24,763 bases of DNA from Chiloscyllium plagiosum (GCF_004010195.1 NC_057753.1:5609282-5634044); one strand, 5' to 3'. Counted from the first letter of the stretch, positions 10,261-20,361 are shown. The notes: generated by a model from the sequence alone, not told the origin. Translations and numbers: made by a program.

Positions 10261-12567
10261 ACATAGAACATAGAACACAGAACAGTACAGCACAGAACAG
10301 GCCCTTCAGCCCACCATGTTGTGCCGACCACTGATCCTCATGTATGCACCCTCAAATTTCTGTGACCAAATGCATGTCCAGGAGTCTCTTAAATGTCCCC
10401 AATGACCCTGCCTCCACAACTGCTGGTGGCAACGCATTCCATGCTCTCACAACTCTCTGTGTAAAGAACCCGCCTCTGACATCCCCTCTATACTTTCCTC
10501 CAACCAGCTTAAAACTATGACCCTTCGTGTTAGTCATTTCTGCCCTGGGAAATAATCTCTGGCTATCGACTCTATCTATGCCTCGCATTACCTTGTATAC
10601 CTCAATTAGGTCCCCTCTTCTCCTCCTTTTCTCCAATGAAAAAAGTCCGAGCTCAGTCCACCTCTCCTCATAAAATAAGCCCTCCAGTCCAGGCAGCATC
10701 CTGGTAAACCTCCTCTGAACCCTCTCCAAAGTATCCACATCTTTCTTATAATAGGGCGGGCAGAAGTGGACGCAGTATTCCAAGTGCGGTCTAACCAAAG
10801 TTTTATCAAGCTGCAACAAGATTTCACGACTCTTAAACTCAATCCTCCTGTTAATGAAAGCCAATACACCATATGCTTTCTTAACAAACATGTCCACTTG
10901 GGTGGTCATTTTATGGGATCTATGTACCTGCACACCAAGATCCCTCTGCTCTTCCACACTGCCAAGAATCCTGTCTTTAATCTTGTACTCAGCTTTCAAA
11001 TTCGACCTTCCAAAATGCATCACCTCGCATTTATCCAGGTTGAATTCCATCTGCCACCTCTCAGCCCATCTCTGCATCCTGTCAATGTCCCGCTGCAGCC
11101 TACAACAGCCCTCTATACTGTCAACGACACCTCCAACCTTTGTGTCATCTGCAAACTTGCTGACNNNNNNNNNNNNNNNNNNNNNNNNNNNNNNNNNNNN
11201 NNNNNNNNNNNNNNNNNNNNNNNNNNNNNNNNNNNNNNNNNNNNNNNNNNNNNNNNNNNNNNNNNNNNNNNNNNNNNNNNNNNNNNNNNNNNNNNNNNNN
11301 NNNNNNNNNNNNNNNNNNNNNNNNNNNNNNNNNNNNNNNNNNNNNNNNNNNNNNNNNNNNNNNNNNNNNNNNNNNNNNNNNNNNNNNNNNNNNNNNNNNN
11401 NNNNNNNNNNNNNNNNNNNNNNNNNNNNNNNNNNNNNNNNNNNNNNNNNNNNNNNNNNNNNNNNNNNNNNNNNNNNNNNNNNNNNNNNNNNNNNNNAATG
11501 TTTGACAAAATTTTCAGCACATCAGCTTCCTCTATCTCTATCCATTCCAGCATGCACACCTGCTCTTCAAAGGTTTCATTCACGACAAAGTTTGTTTCTT
11601 TCGTAAAGACAGAAGCAAAAAACTCATTTAGGGCTTCCCCTACCTCCTCAGACTCCACACACAAATTCCCTATGCTATCCCTGATCGGCCCTACTCTTTC
11701 TTTGTCCATTTTCTTATTCCTCACATAAGTGTAAAATGCCTTTGTGTTCTCCCTAATCCGTTCTGCCAAGCCTTTCTCGTGCCCCCTCCTGGCTCTCCTC
11801 AGACCATTTTTGAGCTCCTTCCTCGCCTGCCTGTAATCCTCTGGAGCTGTGCTTGACCCTAGCTTCCTCCACCTTATGCTAGCTACCTTTTTCCTTTTGA
11901 CAAGAAACTCCACTGCTCTCGTCATCCAAGGTTCCTTTATCTTACCCCTTCTTGCCTGTCTCAGAGGGACATATTTATTCATCACTTGCAATAATTGTTC
12001 CTTAAATAGTCTCCACATGTCTATAATGCCCTTTCCATGGAACAATTGCTCCCAATCCATGCTTCCTAACTCATGTCTAATCGCATCATAGTTTCCTCTT
12101 CCCCAATTAAATATCCTCCCATTTTGCCTAATCCTCTCCTTCTCCATAGCTATGTCGAATGTGTGGCAGTTGTGGTCACTATCACCAAAATGCTCTCCCA
12201 CCACAAGATCTGATACCTGCCACGGCTCGTTTCCGAGCACCAAATCTAGAATGGCCTCTCCCCTCGTCGGCCTGTCAACGTACTGAGTTAGGAAACCCTC
12301 CTGAACACACCTTACAAAAACAGCTCCATTCAAATCTTCTGCTCGAAGGAGGTTCCAAACACTATTGGGAAAGTTAAAGTCACCCATTACAACAACCCTA
12401 CTACGTCCACACTTTTCCAAAATCTGCCGACCTATGCTTTCTTCCGTCTCCCTGCTGCTATTGGGGGGCCTGTAGTAAACCCCTAAAGAGGTGACTGCTC
12501 CCTTGCTGTTCCTAATTTCCACCCACACTGACTCGGTATGCAGATCTTCCTCGACAATGGAAGCTTC
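10261..12567 (-). mobile_element. Young CR1-type LINE: APE endonuclease (N-terminally truncated) plus RT, spanning an assembly gap
   Basis: Open frames on both sides of the gap: GVYYRPP, VMGDFNFP, LDLVL and GDSDH on one side; SKFADDTK, RPHLEYC and FFTQRVVRAWNALP on the other. Tail (ttctatg)n at 10261-10285. Confidence 0.95.
11165..11496. other. Assembly gap (Ns)
   Basis: Run of N inside the LINE RT. Confidence 0.99.
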
Positions 12568-13311
12568 TTGCTGATATATATGGTCACTGTTTTCTTTCCT
12601 GGCTGCCCCTCTGGTCCTCGTCACTTCTCCCGCTGCTCCCGCTCCTTCTGTGAAAGGGAAAACACCGCTGTCTGCTACCGGTAAGTATTTTTTTAAAAAA
12701 CTGCCTTACCTTAGCTGCAGTCTTCCGGGTTCGTCTTACCTCTGCTGCTGCTCTCACTCAAAATGAATCCTTGTTGGTAGCTGGGCAGTTCTCCTCTCAA
12801 CCATTCAATTTTTCTCCGGACTTATACCCACAAAGCATCGAATTGTGTCATTGGCTTTTAAGATTATCAATATACTCAGTTCAAACTTGATTGAAAATTG
12901 TTATTTTTCGGGGTATAGTTTAAACTGATTGGCCTAATTTGAATTTGTTTTGTCGTTTCCAGGCAATTGAGTTGTTCGACCAAATGTTACATTATTTTTT
13001 CAGAACACGTGGTTCTGTCAAGAAGTTCTGTTGCTTTTAACTCTCTTAAAGGTACAGTACACCCGCATCTTCATAACAATATACATTAAAAAAATCTCCA
13101 ACTTACAAAGTCTCTAGTTGTATGTGTCCATGCACGTAAGCATCAAAACATGCAGAGATGGGTTACGCCTCACTTCTCATTTGCATTTCGATGATGATTT
13201 GTTGTTGGGGAAGGAATTAATCTGCAATTGACCGTATGAATTCTTCCGAAATTTGTCATAGCTTCGTTATATTCTGTTAATGGCCTTGGGACGTATCAAT
13301 TACATTGAATT

Positions 13312-13876
13312 GATGTTGTGAAACTTGAAAGGATTCGGAAAAGATTTCCAAGGATGTTGCCAGGGTTGCAGGATTGTAACTATAGGGAGAGCGGAGCTAT
13401 GAAAGCTAGTGCTTCCAAATAAACCTGTTGGACTATAACTTGGCTTTGCATGATTTTAAGATATGGGGAAAGGTTGAATAGGCTGAGGCTGTTTTCCCTG
13501 GAGCATCAGAGGCTGAGGGATGACCTTATAGAGGTTTATAAAATCATGAGGGGTAAGGATAGTGTAAATAGACAAGGTCTTTTCCCTGGGGTGGGCGAGT
13601 ACAGAACTAGAGGGCATACGGTGAGAGGGAAAGATATAAAAGGGATTTTACACAGAAGGTGGTGTGTGTTTGAAATGAGCTGCCAGAGGAAGTGGAGGAG
13701 GCTGGTACAATTACAGGAATAAAAAGGCATCTGGATGGGTATATGAATAGGAAGGGTTTGGGGGGATATGGGCCGGGTGCTGGCGGTTGGGACTAGATTG
13801 GGTTGGGATATCTGGTCAGCTTGGACAGATTGGACCGAAGGGTCTGTTTCCATTCTGTGTGACTCTATGACTATGA
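13312..13876 (+). mobile_element. CR1/HER1-type LINE 3' end
   Basis: Encodes ERLNRLRLFSLEHQRLRDDLIEVYKIMRG. The 3' UTR ttggaccgaagggtctgtttcc ends in a gactctatgactatga tail. Confidence 0.9.
13392..13457 (+). mobile_element. Penelope family B terminal fragment inside the LINE
   Basis: gaaagctagtgcttccaaataaacctgttggactataac is the reverse complement of 22240-22274 and 15760-15795. Confidence 0.75.
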
Positions 13877-13964
13877 TGGCAAACTCTCTGAGTTAGCCAC
13901 CTGTTTTACTGAGGTTCTGCACACAATACTATCTTCTGTTTACACACGAACAAGGTAAACCAAA

Positions 13965-14127
13965 ATGATGTACATTAATCTTGCTTTGTTTCTCGGCGCT
14001 GTTGTGATTTCCTGGATGGTTGCAGTCGATGCGTTTCAGCACTCCGAATGGCCTCCAGCTACATATTCCAGTCTCTGGGAGGACTGCAACACTAACTGGA
14101 CAACATCGCTGGGAAAAGAAAACTTAG
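13965..14127 (+). CDS. Candidate exon 1 of a small secreted/GPI-anchored glycoprotein (MMYINLALFLGAVVISWMVAVDA-FQHSEWPPATYSSLWEDCNTNWTTSLGKENL)
   Basis: aaaATG, a signal-peptide-like hydrophobic stretch ending V-D-A, and a consensus donor TAG|GTAAGA (GT at 14128-14129) in phase 1. Lies in non-repetitive sequence. Confidence 0.55.
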
Positions 14128-14399
14128 GTAAGATTGGTTTCTAAAGAGTTTCTTGCAAAAATTCAATCCACTGGGCATGTATAATAATGTGACAAAGAAA
14201 GAGGAATGACATGTGTTTGCAAGATATTTTGTGTGACAACATCAATAGGAGTGTTAGCTTGAAGATTATAACCGAAGGCTTCGTTAATTTCACAAGAAAT
14301 CTCAACAAACTGTCAATTCGCCATCCATGCCGCTGCCAGTTTATGTCTGCCAGTAATTGCTCAGCTTATCGTTTTTGGTTACTCACCTGGTAATATCAG

Positions 14400-14560
14400 A
14401 CATAAAGGTTAACGTGACTTTGACCAATCGTTTGAGTGATCACACAATTGCCCATAACTGCTCCCTTGCAAAGCTACTGGTTCAAACCATCGGAGGGATC
14501 GGGCCACCACATCCTTCAGGCCTGCTACTTCTTATTGCCCTCATTAATCTTTGGATGTGA
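14400..14560 (+). CDS. Candidate exon 2 of the same gene (DIKVNVTLTNRLSDHTIAHNCSLAKLLVQTIGGIGPPHPSGLLLLIALINLWM*)
   Basis: Acceptor atatcAG (14398-14399) preceded by an AG-free stretch of about 33 nt with a CTCAC branch-like motif. Phase 1 matches exon 1. Ends in a spacer plus hydrophobic tail at the stop. Confidence 0.5.
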
Positions 14561-14784
14561 ATTCGTCGTCTATTGGACCATCCTTCTGGTGCTGAAGTCT
14601 GCAACTGTCTCTACACTTGACGCTATTTGCACGACAAATCCAGCGAAATGAAAATTTCATTAGTGATCACAATTACTGTTTTAACCAATTACGCGGGCAG
14701 GGTGCAAAGAAAACTGATGAGAATTGTTATAGCGCTGGAGGACAAGTAAGGAAATTCTTCACCCCTGGACTTGCGGTATCAGTT

Positions 14785-15355
14785 CGAGATGCTGGAAAAG
14801 CACAGCCAGTCGGGCAGCATCCGAGGAGCAGCAGAGTCGACGTTTGGAGCATAAGCCCTTCATCAGGAATGAGGTTTGTGTGCCGAGAGTGCTGGGAGAT
14901 AAATGGGACAGGGGTGGGACTGGGGGGAGGTAGCTGAGAGTGCGAGAGGTTGGCGGAAGTGGGGGTTAATAGTGATTGGTCAGAGAGGAGGGTGAAGTGG
15001 ATAGGATGCAAGGAAGGTGCACAGTTAGGACAGGTCATGAGGGGAGTACTGAGCTGGAAGGTTTGATCTAGGAAAGGGTGTGGGGAGGGGAAATGAGGAA
15101 ATTGGTGAAGTCCACATTGAATGCCATGGGGTTGGAGGGTCCTGAGGTGGAAGATGAGGCTTCTTCTTCCAGGCGTCGGGTAGTTAGGGACTGACGATGG
15201 AGGAGGACCAGGACCTGCACGTCATTGGTGGAGTAGGAGGGCACGGGGTGGTGTGGTTGGTTGGTGTGGGTGTCCCGGAGATGTTCCCTGATGCCTTATG
15301 CGAGTAGGCATCCTGTCTCCCCAACGTAGAAGAGACCGCATCGGGAGTGACGGAT
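14785..15355 (-). mobile_element. Penelope family A 3' portion: GIY-YIG endonuclease remnant, 3' UTR and terminal repeat with degenerate hammerhead
   Basis: The minus strand from about 15346 reads SRCGLFYVGETGCLLA*GIREHLRD...VQVLVLLHRQSLTTRRLEEE/LIFHLRTLQPHG/NVDF. The flanking direct repeat gtatcagtt lies at 14776-14784 and 15356-15364. Confidence 0.9.
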
Positions 15356-15694
15356 GTATCAGTTTTCAGGCCCAAATTGAACCAAAGTTCACAGTTTTAC
15401 CCAACTATCTCTGTGTTATTTGTGGACTTCTATGAGTAGGCAAGATGGCATACATTGTGCACTGGTGATAAAGTACAAAAGAAGTATTAGCTGAAAAGAT
15501 CCTCCATATTTACAAGAATTCAATAATAACAATTACTTTTCTGAGAGGCTAAGGTTGGTGACCACAAGAATGAATGTATCCGAGTAAAAATTCCATTGTT
15601 CTGTTCCCAGACAGTTGCCATAGTGAGTTGCTATGAAACCATGACGCAACAACAAGGGCCAGACAGTTCCTAACTTCTGACGAACATAGACTTG

Positions 15695-15800
15695 AATGAT
15701 TTGGAGGTGCCAGTGTTGGACTGGGGTGTACAAAGTTAAAAATCACACAACACCAGGTTATAACCCAACAGGTTTATTTGGAAGCACTAGTTTTCAGAGC
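15695..15800 (-). mobile_element. Penelope family B terminal repeat, truncated within the hammerhead
   Basis: aaagttaaaaatcacacaacaccaggttataacccaacaggtttatttggaagcactagttttc matches 22213-22274. Confidence 0.8.
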
Positions 15801-15929
15801 GATGCACGAGCAGCAGTAATGGGCGCCTCATTATAGAAACAGAGGGAAAATAGTCGATAGGCTGCAAGTGGTAGATTGAAAAATGAGGAACATTTTCTCC
15901 TTTTATTGAGCAGGGTGAGAGGAGCGCTG

Positions 15930-16280
15930 ATTGCGTGGGCTGTACAGGGTAGATAGGGAGACCATGTTCCCACTCAGAAAGGAATGAAAGAAGGCACAAC
16001 GGCAAGGCCAGAAATATAAATTTATGTGAAAATGAAGCGAAGCTGATGTTAAGAAAGAATATTTTTGCACACCAAATAAAGTTATGGAACGTATATCTGG
16101 GAATGTGGTGGAGATACATTCAGTTCAGTTGAGGCATTTGGGAGAGCGTAGGATGATTATTTGATTATGCCTAATGGTCAGGGAAATGGAAAAGATGGGA
16201 GGTGTTTGGCACTAAGTGATAGAACCGGGAGTGCAGGCAAACTAGGCTGAATGGGCCACAACAATTCTGTGACTCGGTGA
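15930..16280 (+). mobile_element. Old CR1 3' fragment
   Basis: acagggtagatagggagaccatgttcccact...ttatggaac...ggctgaatgggcc...attctgtga, highly decayed. Confidence 0.6.
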
Positions 16281-16519
16281 TAACACAAAACGTCATCTGG
16301 TCCATTCTGTTAGCATGAGTGGAGTTAAGTACAATTTTGTCCCAAAACATCTTCACTTTTTTTGACACTCTCGACACTTCGGTTGAGAAAGTGCGACTGT
16401 TTATATTAATGAAAGATTGCCGAACTACCTTTGATAATTTTCAAGTTGGACTGAGAACTGCACAAATTTTAGTCTCATGGATTTCTGCGAAGCCCCTAAA
16501 AAAACTGTTGCTATCAGAA

Positions 16520-17245
16520 CAAAGAGCAAAGAAAATTGCAGCACAGGAACAGGCCCTTCCACCCTGGAAGCCTGTCCTAATCCAGATTCTCGATCTAAAC
16601 CTGCCGCCTAGTTTCTAAGGATCGGTACCCCTCTGCTCCCTGCCCATTCATGTATCTGTCTAGATATATCCTGAATGATTAGATTAACTTACTTACAGTG
16701 TGGAAAAAGGCCCTTCAGCCCAACAAGTCCACACCGACCCTCCGAAGTGCAACCCACCAAGACCCATTTCCCTACATTTACCCCTTCACCTAACACTTCG
16801 GGCAATTTAGCATGGCCAATTCACCTGACCTGCACAGGACTGTGGGAGGAAACCGGAGCACCTGGAAGTAACCCACGCAGACACGGGGAGAATGTTCAAA
16901 CTCCACACAGACAGGCGCCAGAGGCGAGAAATGAACCCGGGTCTCTGGCGCTGTGAGGCAGCAGTGCTAACTGCTGTGCCACCGTGCCGCCCACATGCTA
17001 TGGTGCCCGCCTCGACTACCTCTGCTGGCAGCACATTCCACCACCCTCTTTGTAAAGTATTTTCAATGCATATCTCCCTTAAACGTTTCCCCTCTCACCT
17101 TGAACTCTTGCCGCGAGTAATTGAGTCCCCCACTCTGGGAAAAAGTGTCTTGCTATCCACCCTGTCTATATCTCTCATGATTTTGCAGGCCTAAATCTGG
17201 CTCCCCCGTCAACCTCCATTTCTCTAATGAAAATAATCCTAATCT
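16520..17245 (-). mobile_element. CR1-type LINE 3' end interrupted by a SINE
   Basis: Collinear with 5411-5840 (gcacaggaacaggcccttc...gtaattgagtc...ctaatgaaaat). Confidence 0.85.
16676..16992 (-). mobile_element. HE1-type SINE, full length
   Basis: Reverse complement starts gggcggcacggtggcacagcagttagcactgctgcctcacagcgcc. Closely similar to 6007-6315. Confidence 0.92.
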
Positions 17246-17404
17246 TCATAGGAATCTCTCATTATAGGAACAAAAGTCCCTGTCCATTGTTTTTCAACGA
17301 AACATAACATGTATGAAACAAGATAAACAAAACGAGACAAGGAGAGTTATAGTGGATTGCTATGAGACTTACAATGCCAACAATGTGGCAGAAACACGTA
17401 CAAT

Positions 17405-17735
17405 GGGCAGCACGGTGGCTCAGTGGTTAGCACTGCAGCCTCACAGCGCCAGGGACCCCGGTTTGATTCCAGCCTTGTGCTACTGTCTGGGTGAGTTTGC
17501 ACATTCTCCCTGTGTCTGTGTGGATTTCCTTCAGGTATTCCAGTTTCCCCCCACAGTCCAAAGATGTGCAGGTCAGGGTGGATTGGCCGTGCTAAATTGC
17601 CCGTAGTGTCAGGTACATTCGTCAGGGGTAAACATAGGGTAGGGGAATGGGTCTGGGTGGGTTACTCTTCGGAAGGTCGATGTGGAGTTGTTCGGCCAAA
17701 CGGCCTGTTCCCATACTCTAGAGAATCTAATCTAA
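17405..17735 (+). mobile_element. HE1-type SINE, full length
   Basis: gggcagcacggtggctcagtggttagcact...ggtttgattcc...(aatct)n tail. Confidence 0.92.
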
Positions 17736-18432
17736 TTATGCTAACCACAAGCCTTTCGTTGTTTAGAAGACAATTTGGACAAGTACTTATTTTCATTTCA
17801 ATTCGACAATCACATAATTTGAAATCGTTCACGCATCTGTAAACCAAACCCCATCTGTGCTGGGTTGATGATTGAGAGGACACATGAAAGATAGAGTAGC
17901 CCAACGTGCATACTGTGATGGGAAATATGATTGTTGTAAAATTCACTGTATGATTAGTATCAAACTGTTATTACAGTTAACGTGACAAAGAAAATGTGAA
18001 GATATTTTTGACGTGGAATGATGATGCCTTTTAAAGATGTTTTTTTAATTATTCATTGAAGAGAAGCATGGCGTGAGTTGTATGAAAAAAAAACATTATT
18101 TGATCTTTTATTTTAAAGTGTTGATTCTGAACAAGTATCTTCCAGTTTTTGTTTATGTATGCTTGAGAGGGTTTAATTATTAAGCGCAATCTACTCCTTT
18201 GGCCATGGCGTTTTTGTTTTAAACGCATAGCCGTGTGAGAAGGAAACTTGCCCGATGGAAATACGGTTGCGGTTTCATTTGGGAGAGTTTTACAGGATAA
18301 ACAGCTGAGTGCATTGGCTTCGAATACAAGTCGTTGGTTTTGTTTAGTTTTTTTCACGGAACGAAACCACCCATGGCTTGAGTAAGTTGCCTGGTTCTAT
18401 TAAAATATTTGACCCTGAAGAAAATTAAATAA

Positions 18433-18758
18433 TTTAGATTAGATTCCCTACAGTATGGAAACAGGTCCTTCGGCCCAACAAGTTCTCACTGACCCTCCGA
18501 CGAGTAGCCCACCCAGAGCTATTACCCCAACCTATATTTACCCCTGACTAATGCCCCTAACACTACGCGTAATTTAGCATGGCCAACTCACCTGACCTGC
18601 ACCTCTTTGGACTGTGGTAGGAAACCGGAGCATCCAAAGCAAACCCACACAGACACGGGGAGAATGTGCAAACTCCACACAGACAGTCGCCTGAGGCTGG
18701 AATCAAACACGGGTCCCTGGTGCTGTGAGGCAGCAGTGCTAACCACTGATCCACCGTG
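18433..18758 (-). mobile_element. HE1-type SINE
   Basis: (agatt)n tail at the left, head ...gcagcagtgctaaccactgatccaccgtg at the right. Confidence 0.9.
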
Positions 18759-18929
18759 ATTTAGATCATTTAAGAAAATGGGCTCACTCACGTTCAGGAA
18801 TTCAGTTTGCAATTTCCAAATCTTAGCTCAAAATCCCGAAGGGGATTTGGGAAACAAAGAACCGTTAAGCTGATAAACGAGTATTCAGGAGTCTATCAGA
18901 TTTATAACACAGGGACTGGAAGTCATCGC

Positions 18930-19558
18930 TGCAGTGTTTCAGGGAATCATGGCTCCAGTTGGAGGAGAAACATATCAGCTTCAGTCTGGGCTTCTGGACT
19001 CAATGTTGAGTTCAACACCTTCAAATTGTCAACCCACTCCCGTTTCAGCCCTTTGCTTTAGCTTGTTCCATTCTGTTATCATTTCTTTGCTCCCCTCCCC
19101 CATCCCAGTTAGTGGGACTGCCTGCCCTATCGTGCTGCTGTTCTCACTTTCGGATCACTTCATCTAAACTATCTACAACCTCTACCATCGGGGAGAACTG
19201 AACACACGCACACCAGACGGTTTGCAACAGTTACTACCCTACTTCTGGTAGCGTCCCGAATGGACTCACAAACTTTTAACATTCGCCTGTACCTGCGTTT
19301 TTGTTTTTGCTGCTGTTTCCCTATTATTTACTATCTATGCTACTTAACTCTGTGATCTGCCTGTATTGCTCACAAGACAAAGCTTTTCACTGTGTTTCGG
19401 TACAAGTGACAATAAATTCAATTCAGTTCAACTGTCGACATCTTTTCTGCAACAGTACCCCACACCCACTACCCCCACACTATCGACCCCCAAACCCCCT
19501 CCAAACTATCTCATAAACGCTGTTCCTCCACACTACACTCCAGCTGTGATGAAGAGTT
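18930..19558 (+). mobile_element. Older Penelope-like 3' end interrupted by a LINE fragment
   Basis: Encodes QLEEKHISFSLG/SGLNVEFNTF (GIY-YIG C-terminus), followed by a pyrimidine-rich UTR. It resumes at about 19430 and ends at a truncated hammerhead-like gtgatgaagagt (19546-19557). Confidence 0.65.
19165..19430 (+). mobile_element. Rex1/Babar-like (or L2-like) LINE 3' end
   Basis: ctaccatcgggg...cacaccagacggtttgcaacagttactaccct resembles LPSGRR...TTRF.NSFFP. The 3' end is cttttcactgtgtttcggtacaagtgacaataaa plus (ttcaa)n. Confidence 0.6.
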
Positions 19559-19671
19559 TTCAGAGTAATGTGAAGTGATACTGTAGGTGTTAATGCCATT
19601 GTACTTTCACGTGTGTTTCAATCATTGAAAAGTTGTTTTATATGCAAATAGATTGGTTAGTTCAGTTTAGT

Positions 19672-19994
19672 TTTTAGAATCACTACAGTGTGAAAACAGA
19701 CCCTTCAGCCCAACAAGTCCACACCAACCTTCTAGAGAGTATCTCACCCACACGCTTTCTCCTACCCCCTAACTAATACACCCAACCCACACTGTGGGAA
19801 CATAGCATGGCCACCTCACCCTGAGCTACACATTTTTCGATTGGGGGAAAGAAACCAGAGCACCCGGAGGAAACCCATGCAGACACGGGGCGAATATGCA
19901 AACTCCATACATACAGTCACCCCGAGGCTGGAATCAAACCCAGGGCCCTGGTGCTGTGAGGCAACAGTGCTAACCGCTGAACCACGATGTCACC
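19672..19994 (-). mobile_element. HE1-type SINE
   Basis: actacagtgtgaaaacagacccttcagcccaacaagtccacacc...gcaacagtgctaaccgctgaaccac. Confidence 0.88.
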
Positions 19995-20361
19995 TACCAT
20001 AGCTTTTGTGGAATGATTTAGTTTATCATCAAGCAAATTCTGCAGCTTAGCATGCTTGTCTTTCACTGAATTATCACCTTGTTCAAATAATATCCGATCT
20101 GACTGGTATAGCAATAACATCAAATGGGAGCATAATATACTCCAGGCACAAGGTACCAAAACGACACAATATTGCAGGCCTGTGCCAATGAATGTAGGCT
20201 TCCCTTCTCTGTTCCATTTTCTTTGCCATAAAGGTAAACATTTCATTTTGCTTCCAAATTGCTTTCGGTGCGAGTTTGCTAATGAGTTTCAACTTCAAAG
20301 ACACCAATGTTCCTTCTGAAATAATACACTGCAGCATCTCTGTATTGCAGATCATCACATC

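Larger units (their letters stand above)
9882..13078 (-). mobile_element. Solo LTR (about 0.7 kb: 9882-10260 + about 12761-13078) split by a LINE insertion
   Basis: Termini TGTTATG (9882) and CATAACA (13078) form a 7-bp inverted repeat. 4-bp TSD ATAT at 9878-9881 and 13079-13082. Orientation is inferred from a TATA-like ggtataag at about 12828-12821 on the minus strand. Confidence 0.8.

Noticed and set aside
10766..12624. 320-, 250- and 503-aa ORFs as genes
   Set aside because: They are LINE sense or antisense frames extended through Ns. The 332-N gap also looks shorter than the RT segment it should hold, so frame across it is meaningless.
13951..13960. caag|gtaaac donor-like site just upstream of the candidate ATG
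   Set aside because: No matching upstream exon was identified. If used, it would argue against the exon 1 model, so it is kept as a caveat.
14381..14390. Perfect minus-strand donor CAG|GTGAGT as a 5' UTR exon of the GPCR
   Set aside because: There is no supporting promoter and only a weak acceptor near 9420. The same bases serve as the plus-strand branch-point region. Not excluded, but unsupported.
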